This document shows, one piece after another, positions 30,540 to 40,958 of a stretch of 64,000 nt of DNA (position 1 is the stretch's first letter; each line of letters starts with the position of its first letter). A model generated the notes under the pieces. That model worked only from the letters and a program-made list of their open reading frames with translations, made no database searches and had not been told where the DNA came from. The position numbers and the translations under genes were made by a program. The stretch spans positions 1,376,001 through 1,440,000 of the forward strand of contig OZ244852.1 of assembly GCA_965220965.1 (NCBI GenBank), written 5' to 3'. The stretch comes from Candidatus Marinacidobacterium sp. Its GTDB lineage: Bacteria; Acidobacteriota; Vicinamibacteria; Marinacidobacterales; Marinacidobacteraceae.

Positions 30540-33500
30540 GTGCACCCCGCCCTCGCCCCCTTCGACCCCGCCACCGCCGCCTGGTTCACCGAACGTTTCC
30601 GGACGCCCACCAAGCCCCAGGTCCGGGCCTGGCCCGCCATTGCGAGCGGCGCCCATCTCCTGCTCACCGCCCCGACCGGCTCCGGCAAGACGCTCGCGGC
30701 CTTCCTGTTCGCCCTCGACCGTCTCCTGGCCGAGGCGCGCGCCGGAGACCTCGATGACCGCACCCGGGTGGTCTACGTCTCGCCCCTCAAGGCGCTCTCG
30801 GCGGACATCCACCGGAACCTCGACATCCCGCTCCAGGGGATCCTCGCCGAGGCCCGGAAGCGCGATCCCGACCTTCCGGAGATCCGGGCCGAGCTCCGCA
30901 CCGGCGACACCCCGCCGGCGGTCCGCGCCCGGACGCTCCGCCGGCCGCCCCACATCCTGGTCACGACCCCCGAGTCGCTCTACCTGCTCCTGACCGCGCA
31001 GCGCGGCCGGGCGCTCGCCGCGACCGCCAGCTCGGTCATCGTGGACGAGGTCCACGCCCTCGCCCGCGACAAGCGCGGCAGCCACCTCGCGCTCACCCTG
31101 GAGCGCCTCGACGAGGCCGCCGGCCGCCGTCTGCAGCGGATCGGCCTCTCCGCCACCGCCCGGCCTCCGGAGCGCCTCGCCCGGTTCCTCGCGAACGACG
31201 AGTCGGCCAGGCCGCAGGTCATCGAGGTGGGACGCCGCCGGGCGCTGGACCTCGGCGTCGAGACTCCCGGTGCGGAACTCGGCGCGGTCGCCACCCACGA
31301 GGTCATGGAGGACATCCACGACCGGATGGCCGAGCTCATCCGCGAGCACCAGACGACCCTCGTCTTCGTGAACACCCGGCGCATGGCGGAGCGCCTGACC
31401 CACGCCCTCGGGGAACGCCTCCCCGCCGACTGGCTCGCCACCCACCACGGGAGCATCGCCCGGGAGACCCGCCTCGAGGCCGAGCGGCGACTGGCCGCCG
31501 GCGAGCTGCGCGCGGTGGTCGCCACCGCGTCGCTGGAGCTGGGCCTCGACATCGGCTCGGTGGACCTCGTCTGCCAGCTCTCCACCCCCCGCTCGATCGC
31601 CGTCCTCCTCCAGCGGGTCGGCCGATCGGGCCACTGGCGGGGCGCCACCCCGAAGGGCCGGCTCTTTCCCACGACCCGCGACGATCTCGTCGAGTGCGCC
31701 GCGCTCGCGCAGGCGATCGAAGCGGGAGACCTCGACGAAGTCCGCATCCCGGAAGGCCCGCTCGACATCCTCGCCCAGCAGCTCGTCGCCGAGGCGGCGT
31801 CCAGCGAGCGGGATCGCCTCTCGCTGGATGAGCTCTACGCCCTCGCCCGCCGCGCCTACCCCTACCGCCATCTCCCCCGATCCGGCTTCGACGAAGTCGT
31901 CGCGATGCTGTCGGAGGGCCTGGCGACATCCCGCGGCCGGCGCGGCGCGCTCCTCCACCTCGACACGGTCTCGGGCTCCGTCCGGCCCCGCCGGAGCGCC
32001 CGGCTGGTGGCGATCCAGAACGGCGGCGCGATCCCGGAGACCGCCCAGTACCAGGTGGTCGCGGAACCCGACGACCGCGTCGTGGGCCAGCTCGACGAGG
32101 ACTTCGCCATCGAGAGCCGCCGGGGCGACGTCTTCCTGCTCGGCACGACCTCCTGGCGGATCCGCCGGGTCGCCCAGGGTCAGGTGCGGGTCGAGGACGC
32201 CGGAGGGGCCGCCCCGACGATCCCGTTCTGGCGCGGCGAGGCGCCGGGGCGCACTCCCGAGCTCAGCGCCCGGGTGGACGAGCTCCGGCGGTCGGTGGAC
32301 GAGGCCCCGGCGGCGGAGGCGGCCGAAACCCTGAAGCGCTCGGGGCTCGACCCGCCGGGCGCCGATCAGATCGTCCGCTACCTCGCCGCCGGACGCGCCG
32401 CGCTCGGCGCCATGCCGTCAGCGTCGACGGTCGTCGCCGAGCGCTTCTTCGACGAGTCGGGCGGCCAGCAGCTCGTCCTGCACGCCCCCTTCGGCAGCCG
32501 CATCAACCGCGCCTGGGGCCTCGCGCTCCGCAAGCGCTTCTGCCGCTCGTTCAACGTCGAGCTCCAGGCGGCCGCGACGGACGACGGGATCGTGATCTCG
32601 CTGACCGATCTCCACTCCTTCCCGCTCGAGTCGGTCTTCCGCTTCCTGAAGCCGCAGACGGTCGAATCGGTCCTTCGCCAGGCGGTCCTCGGGGTCCCGC
32701 TGTTCGAGGTGCGCTGGCGCTGGACGGCGTCGCGCGCGCTCGCCGTCCCCCGCCGCCGCAGCGGCGAGAAAGTCCCCCCGCAGATCCAGCGGATGCTCGC
32801 CGACGACCTGCTGGCCGCCGTCTTCCCGGACCAGGCGGCGTGCGCCGAGAACCTCGCCGGCGAGGTCCGCGTCCCGGACCACCCGCTGGTGAACGAGTCG
32901 CTGCGCGACGCGCTGGACGACGCCCTCGATATCGCCGGCCTGAAGCGCGTTCTGGAGGGCATCGGAAGCGGGGCGATCCGCACGGTGGCGCGCGACACCC
33001 CCGAGCCGTCCCCGTTCGCCGCCGAGATCCTGAACTCCAATCCCTTCGCGTTCCTCGACCCGGCGCCGCTCGAGGAGCGCCGGTCGCGGGCGGTGCGCAT
33101 GCGGAGCGCGCTGCCGCCGTCGCTCGACGCCGAGGCGGTCCTCGATCCTGACGCCATCGCCCGCGCCAGCGAAGAGGCCGCGCCGCTGGTGCGCGACCCG
33201 GACGAACTGCACGACGCGCTCCTGTCGCTCGGCGCCGCGCCAGCGCGGCCCGGGTGGGAGGAGTGGTTCGCCGAACTCGAGGGCGCCGGGCGGGCGGCCC
33301 GCGGGGAGATCGGCGGGACCCGCCTGTGGGCCGCGGTGGAGCGCCTTCCCCTCGCCCGCCGGGTGTGGCCGGACGCCGGCTGGCCGGACGTTGCTTCCCC
33401 GGCGCCGGCGAAGCCGCTTCCCGAAGAGGACGCGTCCGCTGTCGCCGAAGTCGTCCGCGGCCTCCTCGACAGCTCCGGGCCGTGGACCGTCCCCGCCCTC

Positions 33501-34718
33501 GCCGGGCGGCTTCTCCTGCCCGAGGCCGACCTGGCGTCCGCGCTCGCCGCGCTGGAGGCGGAAGGGACGGTGGTCCAGGGGCGCTTCCGGGCCGGCGCGG
33601 AGACGCCCGAGTGGTGCCATCGCCGCGTCCTTGCCCGGATACACCGGCTGACGCTCGCCGGCCTGCGCCGCCAGTCGGCCCCGGTGAGCGTCGCGCGCTT
33701 CCTCGATTTCCTCGCCGGGTGGCAGCACGCCGCGCCGGGCGCCGCGCTCCACGGGCCGCGCGGGGTCCGCCAGGTCATCGCCCAGCTCCAGGGCATCGAG
33801 GCGCCGGCCGCCGCCTGGGAGGCGCGGATCCTCCCCCTGCGGGTCCGGGGTTACCGGCGGGACTGGCTGGACCAGAACTGTCTCGCCGGGGAGGTCGTCT
33901 GGGCCCGGGTCTCGACGCCGGCGCCCTCGGAGTCTCCCGGCGCGGCGCGGCTCACCCGGGGCGCCCCGATGAGCCTGCTGCTGCGGAGCGATCTGGATCT
34001 CTGGCTGACGCTTCGGCCCGCCGGCGACGCCAACCTGTCGGCGGCCGCCCGCACCGTCCTCGACCAGCTCGAAGCGCGTGGGGCGCAGTTCTTCGCCGAG
34101 CTCCAGCGGGCCTCCGGCCTGCTGCCTTCCGCGCTCGAGGACGCGCTGTGGGAACTCGCCGCGGCGGGCCAGGTGACGAGCGACGGTTTCGACAACCTGC
34201 GCGCGCTGATGGATCCGCGCCGCCGCTCGGCCGTCGGGCGCCACCGCCGCGCCCGGGCGCGCTACGGCGCGGGGCGCTGGGTGCGGCTGACCGCGCCGGA
34301 CCCTCCCGAACCGGAGGCGGCGGACGAGGCCCTCGCCCGGCAGCTCCTCGAGCGCTGGGGCGTGGTCTTCCGCGATCTCCTGAAGCGGGAGCGGCTGGAG
34401 CGCCGCTGGCGCCGCCTGCAGCTCGTCCTCCGCCGGCTGGAGATGCGGGGCGAAGTCCTCGGCGGACGGTTCGTCTCCGCCTTCGCCGGGGAGCAGTTCG
34501 CGCTGGCCGGGGCGATCGAGGCGCTCCGCCGGACGCGCCGCGCGGGCGAAGACAACGGCGCGGCGTCCGATCTGATCCTTGGTCCCGGGGACCCGCTGAA
34601 CCTCTCGGGGATCCTGACGCCCGGCCCGCGCACCCCGGTGACCGCGAGCGGCGGGCTGCGCCTCCACGCCGGCGTGTTCACCGCAACCGATTCCCGCGCC
34701 CCCGCCCGTGCCCGCTGA
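30540..34718 (+). CDS. lhr: Lhr-family SF2 helicase, long form with C-terminal winged-helix region
   Basis: APTGSGKT, YVSPLKAL, TTPESL, DEVH, IGLSAT, HHGS, LELGLDIG and QRVGRSGH motifs; GRFVSAFAGEQFA in the C-terminal region. Confidence 0.92.
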   Translation: MHPALAPFDPATAAWFTERFRTPTKPQVRAWPAIASGAHLLLTAPTGSGKTLAAFLFALDRLLAEARAGDLDDRTRVVYVSPLKALSADIHRNLDIPLQGILAEARKRDPDLPEIRAELRTGDTPPAVRARTLRRPPHILVTTPESLYLLLTAQRGRALAATASSVIVDEVHALARDKRGSHLALTLERLDEAAGRRLQRIGLSATARPPERLARFLANDESARPQVIEVGRRRALDLGVETPGAELGAVATHEVMEDIHDRMAELIREHQTTLVFVNTRRMAERLTHALGERLPADWLATHHGSIARETRLEAERRLAAGELRAVVATASLELGLDIGSVDLVCQLSTPRSIAVLLQRVGRSGHWRGATPKGRLFPTTRDDLVECAALAQAIEAGDLDEVRIPEGPLDILAQQLVAEAASSERDRLSLDELYALARRAYPYRHLPRSGFDEVVAMLSEGLATSRGRRGALLHLDTVSGSVRPRRSARLVAIQNGGAIPETAQYQVVAEPDDRVVGQLDEDFAIESRRGDVFLLGTTSWRIRRVAQGQVRVEDAGGAAPTIPFWRGEAPGRTPELSARVDELRRSVDEAPAAEAAETLKRSGLDPPGADQIVRYLAAGRAALGAMPSASTVVAERFFDESGGQQLVLHAPFGSRINRAWGLALRKRFCRSFNVELQAAATDDGIVISLTDLHSFPLESVFRFLKPQTVESVLRQAVLGVPLFEVRWRWTASRALAVPRRRSGEKVPPQIQRMLADDLLAAVFPDQAACAENLAGEVRVPDHPLVNESLRDALDDALDIAGLKRVLEGIGSGAIRTVARDTPEPSPFAAEILNSNPFAFLDPAPLEERRSRAVRMRSALPPSLDAEAVLDPDAIARASEEAAPLVRDPDELHDALLSLGAAPARPGWEEWFAELEGAGRAARGEIGGTRLWAAVERLPLARRVWPDAGWPDVASPAPAKPLPEEDASAVAEVVRGLLDSSGPWTVPALAGRLLLPEADLASALAALEAEGTVVQGRFRAGAETPEWCHRRVLARIHRLTLAGLRRQSAPVSVARFLDFLAGWQHAAPGAALHGPRGVRQVIAQLQGIEAPAAAWEARILPLRVRGYRRDWLDQNCLAGEVVWARVSTPAPSESPGAARLTRGAPMSLLLRSDLDLWLTLRPAGDANLSAAARTVLDQLEARGAQFFAELQRASGLLPSALEDALWELAAAGQVTSDGFDNLRALMDPRRRSAVGRHRRARARYGAGRWVRLTAPDPPEPEAADEALARQLLERWGVVFRDLLKRERLERRWRRLQLVLRRLEMRGEVLGGRFVSAFAGEQFALAGAIEALRRTRRAGEDNGAASDLILGPGDPLNLSGILTPGPRTPVTASGGLRLHAGVFTATDSRAPARAR

Positions 34719-35898
34719 GGCGCTCGCCGCCGCGGCCGGCGACGGCTTCCGCGCGCGGTTCGGGGAGGACCCGGCGGGCGTCGCCTTCGCGCCCGGGCGG
34801 GTGAACCTCATCGGGGAGCATGTGGACTACTGCGGGCTCCCGGTCCTGCCGGCGGCGCTGCCCCAGGGCCTCGCGCTCGCGTTCCGGCCAAGGACCGACG
34901 ACCGGGTGGTCTGCTGGTCCGACCTGGACCCCGCGGCGAGCGCCGACTTCCGCTTCGGCGAGGGCCGACCGGACGGATTCGGGCGCTATCTCTACGCCGC
35001 CGGCGCCGCCGTCCGGGAACTCGGCTCCGTCGCCGGCCCGGCGGGCTTCGACGGCCACCTCGCCTCCGATCTGCCCGCGGCCGCCGGGCTCTCCTCCTCT
35101 TCGGCGCTGGTGGTGGCGGCGGCCCTCGCGATCCTCGACGCGAACGATGCTCCCCGACCCGACCGGCGCCGGCTCGCCCTCGAGCTCGCGCGCGCCGAGC
35201 GGTCGGTCGCGATCCAGGGCGGCGCGATGGACCAGTCGGTGATCCTCGGCGCCGTCCCCGGCCACGCGCTCCACATCGCGTTCGAACCCTCGCGCTGGAG
35301 TCCGGTTCCGGTCGACGCCGAGCGGTTCGCCTTCCTCGCGGTCTTCACCGGGCGGCGCGCCGAAAAGGGCGGCGCCGCCGGTGAGGTCTTCGACGGGAGG
35401 GTCCGCGAAGCGAACGCCGCGCTCGCCGGCCTCCAGGAGCTCCTCTCCGACCCCGCCCCCTGGAGCGTTCTGCTGGCCAGACGCCGGTTCGCCGACCTGC
35501 TCGCCGCCGCCGGCGATCTCCCCTCCCCCCTCGACCGCCGCGCCCGCCACATCCTCACCGAGGCGCGGCGCACGAGCGAAGCGGTCGAGGCGCTCGGCGG
35601 CGGAGACGCCGGGCGTCTCGGCGCGCTGCTGGACGCCTCCCACGAGTCGCTCCGCCGCGACTACCAGGTGAGCGCGCCCGAGCTCGACGGTCTGGTCGCG
35701 GCGGCGCGCGAACACGGCGCGCTCGGCGCGCGGCTCACCGGGGCCGGGCTCGGCGGCTCGGCGGTCGTCCTGACGACGCCTGCGCAGGCCCCCGCCGTCG
35801 CCGGGGCGCTCCGCGAGCGCTACCCGGCGGTTCTGAAGGCGACGCCGTCAGCCCCCGCGCGGCTCATCGGATCGCCCTCGTCCCGTCCCGGCGCCTGA
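34708..35898 (+). CDS. galK: Galactokinase (GHMP kinase)
   Basis: APGRVNLIGEHVDY, GLSSSSA, GAMDQ, SHESLRRDY and GARLTGAGLGG motifs. Confidence 0.88.
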   Translation: MPAEALAAAAGDGFRARFGEDPAGVAFAPGRVNLIGEHVDYCGLPVLPAALPQGLALAFRPRTDDRVVCWSDLDPAASADFRFGEGRPDGFGRYLYAAGAAVRELGSVAGPAGFDGHLASDLPAAAGLSSSSALVVAAALAILDANDAPRPDRRRLALELARAERSVAIQGGAMDQSVILGAVPGHALHIAFEPSRWSPVPVDAERFAFLAVFTGRRAEKGGAAGEVFDGRVREANAALAGLQELLSDPAPWSVLLARRRFADLLAAAGDLPSPLDRRARHILTEARRTSEAVEALGGGDAGRLGALLDASHESLRRDYQVSAPELDGLVAAAREHGALGARLTGAGLGGSAVVLTTPAQAPAVAGALRERYPAVLKATPSAPARLIGSPSSRPGA

Positions 35899-35925
35899 GG
35901 GCCGGGACGGGAGAATCGGCGACCG

Positions 35926-37959
35926 CTACTGCTGCGGAAGCGCGAGCGCGGTGTAGGACTCGGGGAACTGGCCGCGGCGGCCGGTCTGGATCACGATGAA
36001 CTGCCGCCCGTCGTGGCGGTAGGTCATCATGCCGTACATCCCGATCGCCGGAAGGTCGATGCTTCCGACCTTCTCGCCGGTGCGCTTGTCGTGCGCGTTC
36101 AGGACGGCCGGCCCGCCCATGCCCTCGGTGGTGAGCAGGAGATCGCCGCTGACCATCAGGATGGCGCGGCCCTGCCCGCCGGTCATGGACAGATCCACTC
36201 CCTCGAGCGCCGGGTGGTTCTTGATCCGGTCGTTGGCCTCGCCGACCGGGACCCACCAGAGGTGCTCGCCGGTGTTCATGTCGATCGCGGTCACCCGGCT
36301 CCACGGCGGCCGGTAGATCGGCAGCCCGTCGGGACCGGGAACGCCCACGGTGCGGTAGTTCACCCAGTCGGCCACCGTCTCGCCGATCGTGGTGCACTTG
36401 CCGGTGGGCGAGGTGCAGTCGTGGACCGGCTGGTCGGCGTCGACGCCCGGCTGGACGATCCGGCCCGAGCAGTTCGGTCCGGAGGACTGGTAGAGGATCC
36501 CGCTCTCCGGGTCCATCGCCGCCGGATGGGTGATGTTCACCCCGGAGGTGCTGCCGCAGGCGATCCAGCCCTTGTCTTCGTCATGGCCCTTGGGGACCGG
36601 CGGCATGTAGGGGCCGCCGACGCGGTACTCGCTCACGATGGCCTTGGCCTTCTCGTGGATTTCCGGGGTCAGGTTGTTCAGGTGTTCGTCGCTCAGGTCG
36701 AGCGGCTCGGTCGGCAGCGGAACCGTCGGGAACGGCTGGGTCGGCGACAGCTTCTCGCCCGGGACGGTGGACTGCGGCACCGGCCGCTCCTCGATCGGCC
36801 AGACCGGCTCGCCGGTCTCGCGGTTGAACGCGAAGGTGAGGCCCTGCTTCGTCGTCTGGATGGCCATCGGCACCTGCTCGCCGTTCACCGTGACATCGGC
36901 GAGGATCGGGATGTTCGGCAGGTCGTAGTTCCAGATCGGGTGGTGGGTCGTCTGGAAGTGCCACACCCGCTCCCCGGTGTCGGCGTTCAGCGCGATGACG
37001 CTGGTCCCGAAGAGGTTGTCGCCGGGCCGGAATCCGCCGTAGAAGTCGATCGTCGGCGCGTTCGTCGGGATGTAGACGATCCCCCGGTCGAGGTCCGCGG
37101 AGAGCGGCGCCCACGAGGACACGTCGCCGGTCCACCGCCAGGCGTCGTTCTCCCAGGTGTCCATGCCGAACTCGTCTTCCGACTGCGGGATCACGTGGAA
37201 CTTCCACTTGTGCTCGCCGGTGCGGGCGTCATACGCGAGGATGTCGCCGGGGACGTTCTCGATCCGCGTCTGGTGGTAGCCCTGCGCGTGGGAGTTCCCC
37301 ACGACCACCGTCCCGTTCACCACGATCGGGGGTGAGGAGCTCGTGATGTAGCCGACCGTCGGAGGGAGGCCCTCGTAGGGGTCGTAGTTATGCCCCATGT
37401 CCGCCAGCAGGTCCACGACGCCGGTGTCCGGGAACCCGGGGATGTCCACCTTCTTGCCGAAGCCTTCGAGGTGGCGGCCGGTCTCGCCGTCGAGCGCGTG
37501 CAGGAAGAACCCCGGGCTGATGACGTAGATCACGAGCCGCCCGTCCACGTGCGCGTAGCCGACGCCCTTGCCGTAGCTCGACCGCATCGACTCCTCGAAC
37601 CGCCGGGTGTGCGGTTCGGCGTAGGTCCACAGCGTCTCCCCGGTCTTGGGGTCGATCGCGACGACCGTCCGGCGGTACCCCACGACGGTGAACAGCTTCC
37701 CGTCGATGTAGCTCGGAGTCGACTTCGACAGGTAGCTGGGCTTGGGGCCGTAGTTGTCGCCCCGCCAGATCCACGCGACCTCGAGGTCGTTGAAGTTCTC
37801 CGCGTTCACCTGGTCGAGCGGCGAGTAGCGGGTGCCCCAGGCGTCCCCGCTCTGGTAGCGCCATTCACCTTCGGGCTGGTCCCGGTTCTGGGCCAGCGCA
37901 CTGCCCGCGACCAGCATCGCGAGGATCAGGACAGCGTGTTTGCGGAACTTCATCTGCAT
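35926..37959 (-). CDS. PQQ-dependent dehydrogenase (glucose/quinate dehydrogenase-like), secreted
   Basis: Signal peptide; TRYSPLDQVN; WHFQTTHHPIWNYD; PVWPIEERPVPQS; MTYRHDGRQFIV. Confidence 0.85.
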   Translation of the reverse strand: MQMKFRKHAVLILAMLVAGSALAQNRDQPEGEWRYQSGDAWGTRYSPLDQVNAENFNDLEVAWIWRGDNYGPKPSYLSKSTPSYIDGKLFTVVGYRRTVVAIDPKTGETLWTYAEPHTRRFEESMRSSYGKGVGYAHVDGRLVIYVISPGFFLHALDGETGRHLEGFGKKVDIPGFPDTGVVDLLADMGHNYDPYEGLPPTVGYITSSSPPIVVNGTVVVGNSHAQGYHQTRIENVPGDILAYDARTGEHKWKFHVIPQSEDEFGMDTWENDAWRWTGDVSSWAPLSADLDRGIVYIPTNAPTIDFYGGFRPGDNLFGTSVIALNADTGERVWHFQTTHHPIWNYDLPNIPILADVTVNGEQVPMAIQTTKQGLTFAFNRETGEPVWPIEERPVPQSTVPGEKLSPTQPFPTVPLPTEPLDLSDEHLNNLTPEIHEKAKAIVSEYRVGGPYMPPVPKGHDEDKGWIACGSTSGVNITHPAAMDPESGILYQSSGPNCSGRIVQPGVDADQPVHDCTSPTGKCTTIGETVADWVNYRTVGVPGPDGLPIYRPPWSRVTAIDMNTGEHLWWVPVGEANDRIKNHPALEGVDLSMTGGQGRAILMVSGDLLLTTEGMGGPAVLNAHDKRTGEKVGSIDLPAIGMYGMMTYRHDGRQFIVIQTGRRGQFPESYTALALPQQ

Positions 37960-38037
37960 CCCTCCCGGGGTTGAACGTGCAACCCGTGGATTTTACGGCG
38001 TCCGGCCACGGCCTCGTCCGCCCCCCGCCGGTTCCGC

Positions 38038-40113
38038 TCAGCGCAGGACCCGGAGCAGGTTCGAGTAGTCGTCGGTCCAGCGGTGGCCCGGCCCCGGTTC
38101 GACCGCGTCCCCCGACCACGGCTCGGCCCTCCCCAGCACCGCCGGATCGGTGATGAAGTCGCCGTTCCGGGTGAGCAGCACCCACGTCGCGGTGTACCGC
38201 AGGGCCTCGAGATCCGGCTCGCTCACGGTGAGCAGCGAGAGCAGGTCCAGCCGGAGCGCGTGCGCCCGCACCACCGGCGCGAGGTCCACGTGCCGGTTCG
38301 AGATGTGGACCGCCAGGACGCCGCCCGGCGCGAGGCGCTCCACGTAGAGGTCGAACGCCTCCGCGGTCAGGAGGTGCACCGGGATCGCGTCCCCGGAGAA
38401 GGCGTCCAGCACGAGCAGGTCCCAGCCCGGCTCGCCGCGCTCCGCCTCGCGGGCGAGGCTCAGGCGGCCGTCGCCGTGGACGACGTCCACCTCGGCCGGC
38501 GTGTCCTCGAGGTAGGTGAAGTAGTCGCGGGCGAACCCGGTCACCTGCGGGTCGATCTCGTAGAATCGGAAGTGGTCGCCGCGCTCGCCGTGCACCGCGA
38601 GCGACCCGGCGCCGAGCCCCACGACCCCGACGCGCAGCGGCAGACCGCCGACCCGGTTGGGATGGCGCGTCACCGCGGCGGCGATGCCGGTCCCGTCGTA
38701 GTAGTAGAGAGTGGGCTCCCGCCGCCGGTGGGGGGCGAGGTACTGCGAGCCGTGGCCGATGCCGCCGTGCCAGATGTCGCGGCGCCAGTCCGGCGTTCCC
38801 GGATACGCCTCCATGACCCGCACGACGCCGAAGAAGTTCCGCCCGGAGGCGAGCGGGCGGCGGTGCTCGAGCGCGGTCACCGCCAGCGCGAAGCCGAGCG
38901 TCCCGGCGAGCGCCGCCTTCATGACGTAGCCCGGCCGCCCCCGGGCGAAGAGCGCCGCCGCGGGCGCGAGGAACAGCGCCAGCGGGTACTCCCAGACGTT
39001 CGGGAACGCGAGCGGGCTCAGGAGCGAAGCCGTCAGGCCTCCCACCGCGCCGCCGGCGGTCACCGAGAGGTAGAAGCCGGTGAGGCGCGACGGATCCGGC
39101 TTCCTGGCGGCCACCTCGCCGTGAAGCGCCCAGCAGGCGGTGAACAGGAACGCGGTAGCCACCAGCGCGTGGGCCACCGGCGCGCGCTCCAGCCCGTAGG
39201 TGATGTCCTGGAACCAGACGCCCAGGCAGGCGAGCGCCGAGAGCACGGCGAGCGCGGGGACGACGCGCTGCGGATAGGGCGACCCGCCCCGGAAGGCGAG
39301 GATGAACGTGAGCAGGTAGACGGCGAGGGGAGCGGTCCACAGGAAGGGCGCGGCGGCCACGTCGCGGGTCAGGTGGGTCGTGACCGCAACCAGAACGAGC
39401 GACCCGACCGCGGCCAGCCCGGCGGGAACCGGGTGGAACCCGCCCGCCGCGCGGAGCGCGGGCTGGTCTCCCGCGGCCCTCCGCAGCGTGAGCGCCCCGG
39501 CGAAGACCGAGACCAGCGCGTACGCGAGGAAGGCGCCCCCCCACCAGCGGCCCTGCTGCGCCAGCCCGGTGAACGGCTCGAGCACCAGCGGGTAGAGCCC
39601 GAGGCCGAGCAGCGAGCCGGCGTTCGAGAGCGCGTAGAGCCGGTAGACGCCGGGGTCCGACCCGGCGGCCCCGGCGGCCCTCCCGCGGGCCGCGGCGACC
39701 CAGGCGGAGAGCAGCGGCGTGGTCGCGGCGACGACCACCACCGGGACGCCGCAGGAGACGAGCAGCGTCAGCAGGATCCGCCCGGCGGGGACTTCGCTTC
39801 CGGTCGGAGTCCACGCCGCTCCGGCGAGCGGCGGAAGCGATACGAGCGCCGCCACCAGGAACGCGGCGTGGACGAACCGCTGGCGCCGCGGTCGGAGGCG
39901 CGTCACCAGCAGGTGCGCCCCCAGGTAGCCGAGGAGGAGCGCGCTCTGGAAGAAGAACAGCGCCACCGCCCAGACCATCGGGGCGCCCCCGTACCAGGCG
40001 AGAAGCGGCTTCGCCGCCATCGGCTGCACCACGAACAGCAGCGCCGCCCCCAGGAACACCCCCGCGCCGGCGAGCGCCACTCCGGCGGAGGGCGACGCGG
40101 CGCTTCGGTCCAT
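38038..40113 (-). CDS. Fused membrane domain / spermidine synthase-like SAM-binding protein
   Basis: LYALSNAGSLLGL; VVGLGAGS; FYEIDP; GDGRLSL; LDAFSGDAIPVHLLT; WTDDYSNL. Confidence 0.88.
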   Translation of the reverse strand: MDRSAASPSAGVALAGAGVFLGAALLFVVQPMAAKPLLAWYGGAPMVWAVALFFFQSALLLGYLGAHLLVTRLRPRRQRFVHAAFLVAALVSLPPLAGAAWTPTGSEVPAGRILLTLLVSCGVPVVVVAATTPLLSAWVAAARGRAAGAAGSDPGVYRLYALSNAGSLLGLGLYPLVLEPFTGLAQQGRWWGGAFLAYALVSVFAGALTLRRAAGDQPALRAAGGFHPVPAGLAAVGSLVLVAVTTHLTRDVAAAPFLWTAPLAVYLLTFILAFRGGSPYPQRVVPALAVLSALACLGVWFQDITYGLERAPVAHALVATAFLFTACWALHGEVAARKPDPSRLTGFYLSVTAGGAVGGLTASLLSPLAFPNVWEYPLALFLAPAAALFARGRPGYVMKAALAGTLGFALAVTALEHRRPLASGRNFFGVVRVMEAYPGTPDWRRDIWHGGIGHGSQYLAPHRRREPTLYYYDGTGIAAAVTRHPNRVGGLPLRVGVVGLGAGSLAVHGERGDHFRFYEIDPQVTGFARDYFTYLEDTPAEVDVVHGDGRLSLAREAERGEPGWDLLVLDAFSGDAIPVHLLTAEAFDLYVERLAPGGVLAVHISNRHVDLAPVVRAHALRLDLLSLLTVSEPDLEALRYTATWVLLTRNGDFITDPAVLGRAEPWSGDAVEPGPGHRWTDDYSNLLRVLR

Positions 40114-40144
40114 GAGTGGGGACGGCTAGGATACGGAATTCGTC

Positions 40145-40729
40145 ATGTCGAAACGCCGTCCCTCCGTCTCTTCGAACAAGACCCGCCGGGCCGATCCCGC
40201 GACCCGGACCGACGCTGCGCCCGAGCCGACGCCGGATCGGGGCGGGCGCTCCGGCTGGCTGCCCTACCTCGCGGTGGGGGTGCTGGTGATCGGCGCGGTC
40301 GTGTTCCTCTTCGCGGTTCTCGAGGACACCACGGTCGAGAGTTCCGCTTCCGCCGCGGTCGCCGCCGCGCAGACGCAGCCGGCGTCGGCGAAGCCGTTCC
40401 CGTACTACGACACGGTCGAGGAGGCGCGCCCGTTCCCGGTGACTCTCCCGGCGAGCACCTACCAGAACGAGACGCTCCAGAAGGCGTATCAGATCGCGAA
40501 GGACATTCCGGAGATCCTCGTCCAGGTGCCCTGTCTCTGCGGCTGCCACGGGGTCCAGACGGACCACGGCAGCCTGCTCGACTGCTACGTGGACGACCAC
40601 GCCGCCACTTGAGCCACCTGCCTCCAGGAAGTCTTCCTGGCCCAGCAGATGACCGATGAAGGCGCAACCCCGGCCGAAATCCGCGAGGCCGTAGCGAACC
40701 ACGAGTTCGTCGATATCGAGCTCCGGTAA
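40145..40729 (+). CDS. PCYCGC-like membrane-anchored selenoprotein (UxxC); ORF track truncates it at the UGA
   Basis: VPCLCGC...HGSLLDCY..DDHAAT-UGA(40610-40612)-ATCLQEVFLAQQMTDEGATPAEIREAV...TAA. The UGA sits at the first Cys position of the family CxxC; SECIS hairpin downstream. Confidence 0.85.
40624..40640 (+). promoter_or_regulatory. Bacterial SECIS-like hairpin
   Basis: CCAGGAA-GTC-TTCCTGG starting 11 nt after the UGA. Confidence 0.75.
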
Positions 40730-40958
40730 CCGGCCCCGCCCGGCCGGTTCGACCTTGCGGTGAGCCGCGGGGGGAGCAGCCTCCTCGGTTGCGGCTGCTT
40801 TGTCCTGCTGTGTCTGCTCGTCGGATCCTGCGTGTTCCTGAGTTGCTGATCGCGGGAACCCGCCGGCCGCCAAGGCAACGCGGATCCCGAATCTCCTACA
40901 ATTCCGGGCCCACTCCCGGGCCCGTCAGGGCCCCACCCCGCCCGCAGGAGGACCCGCC

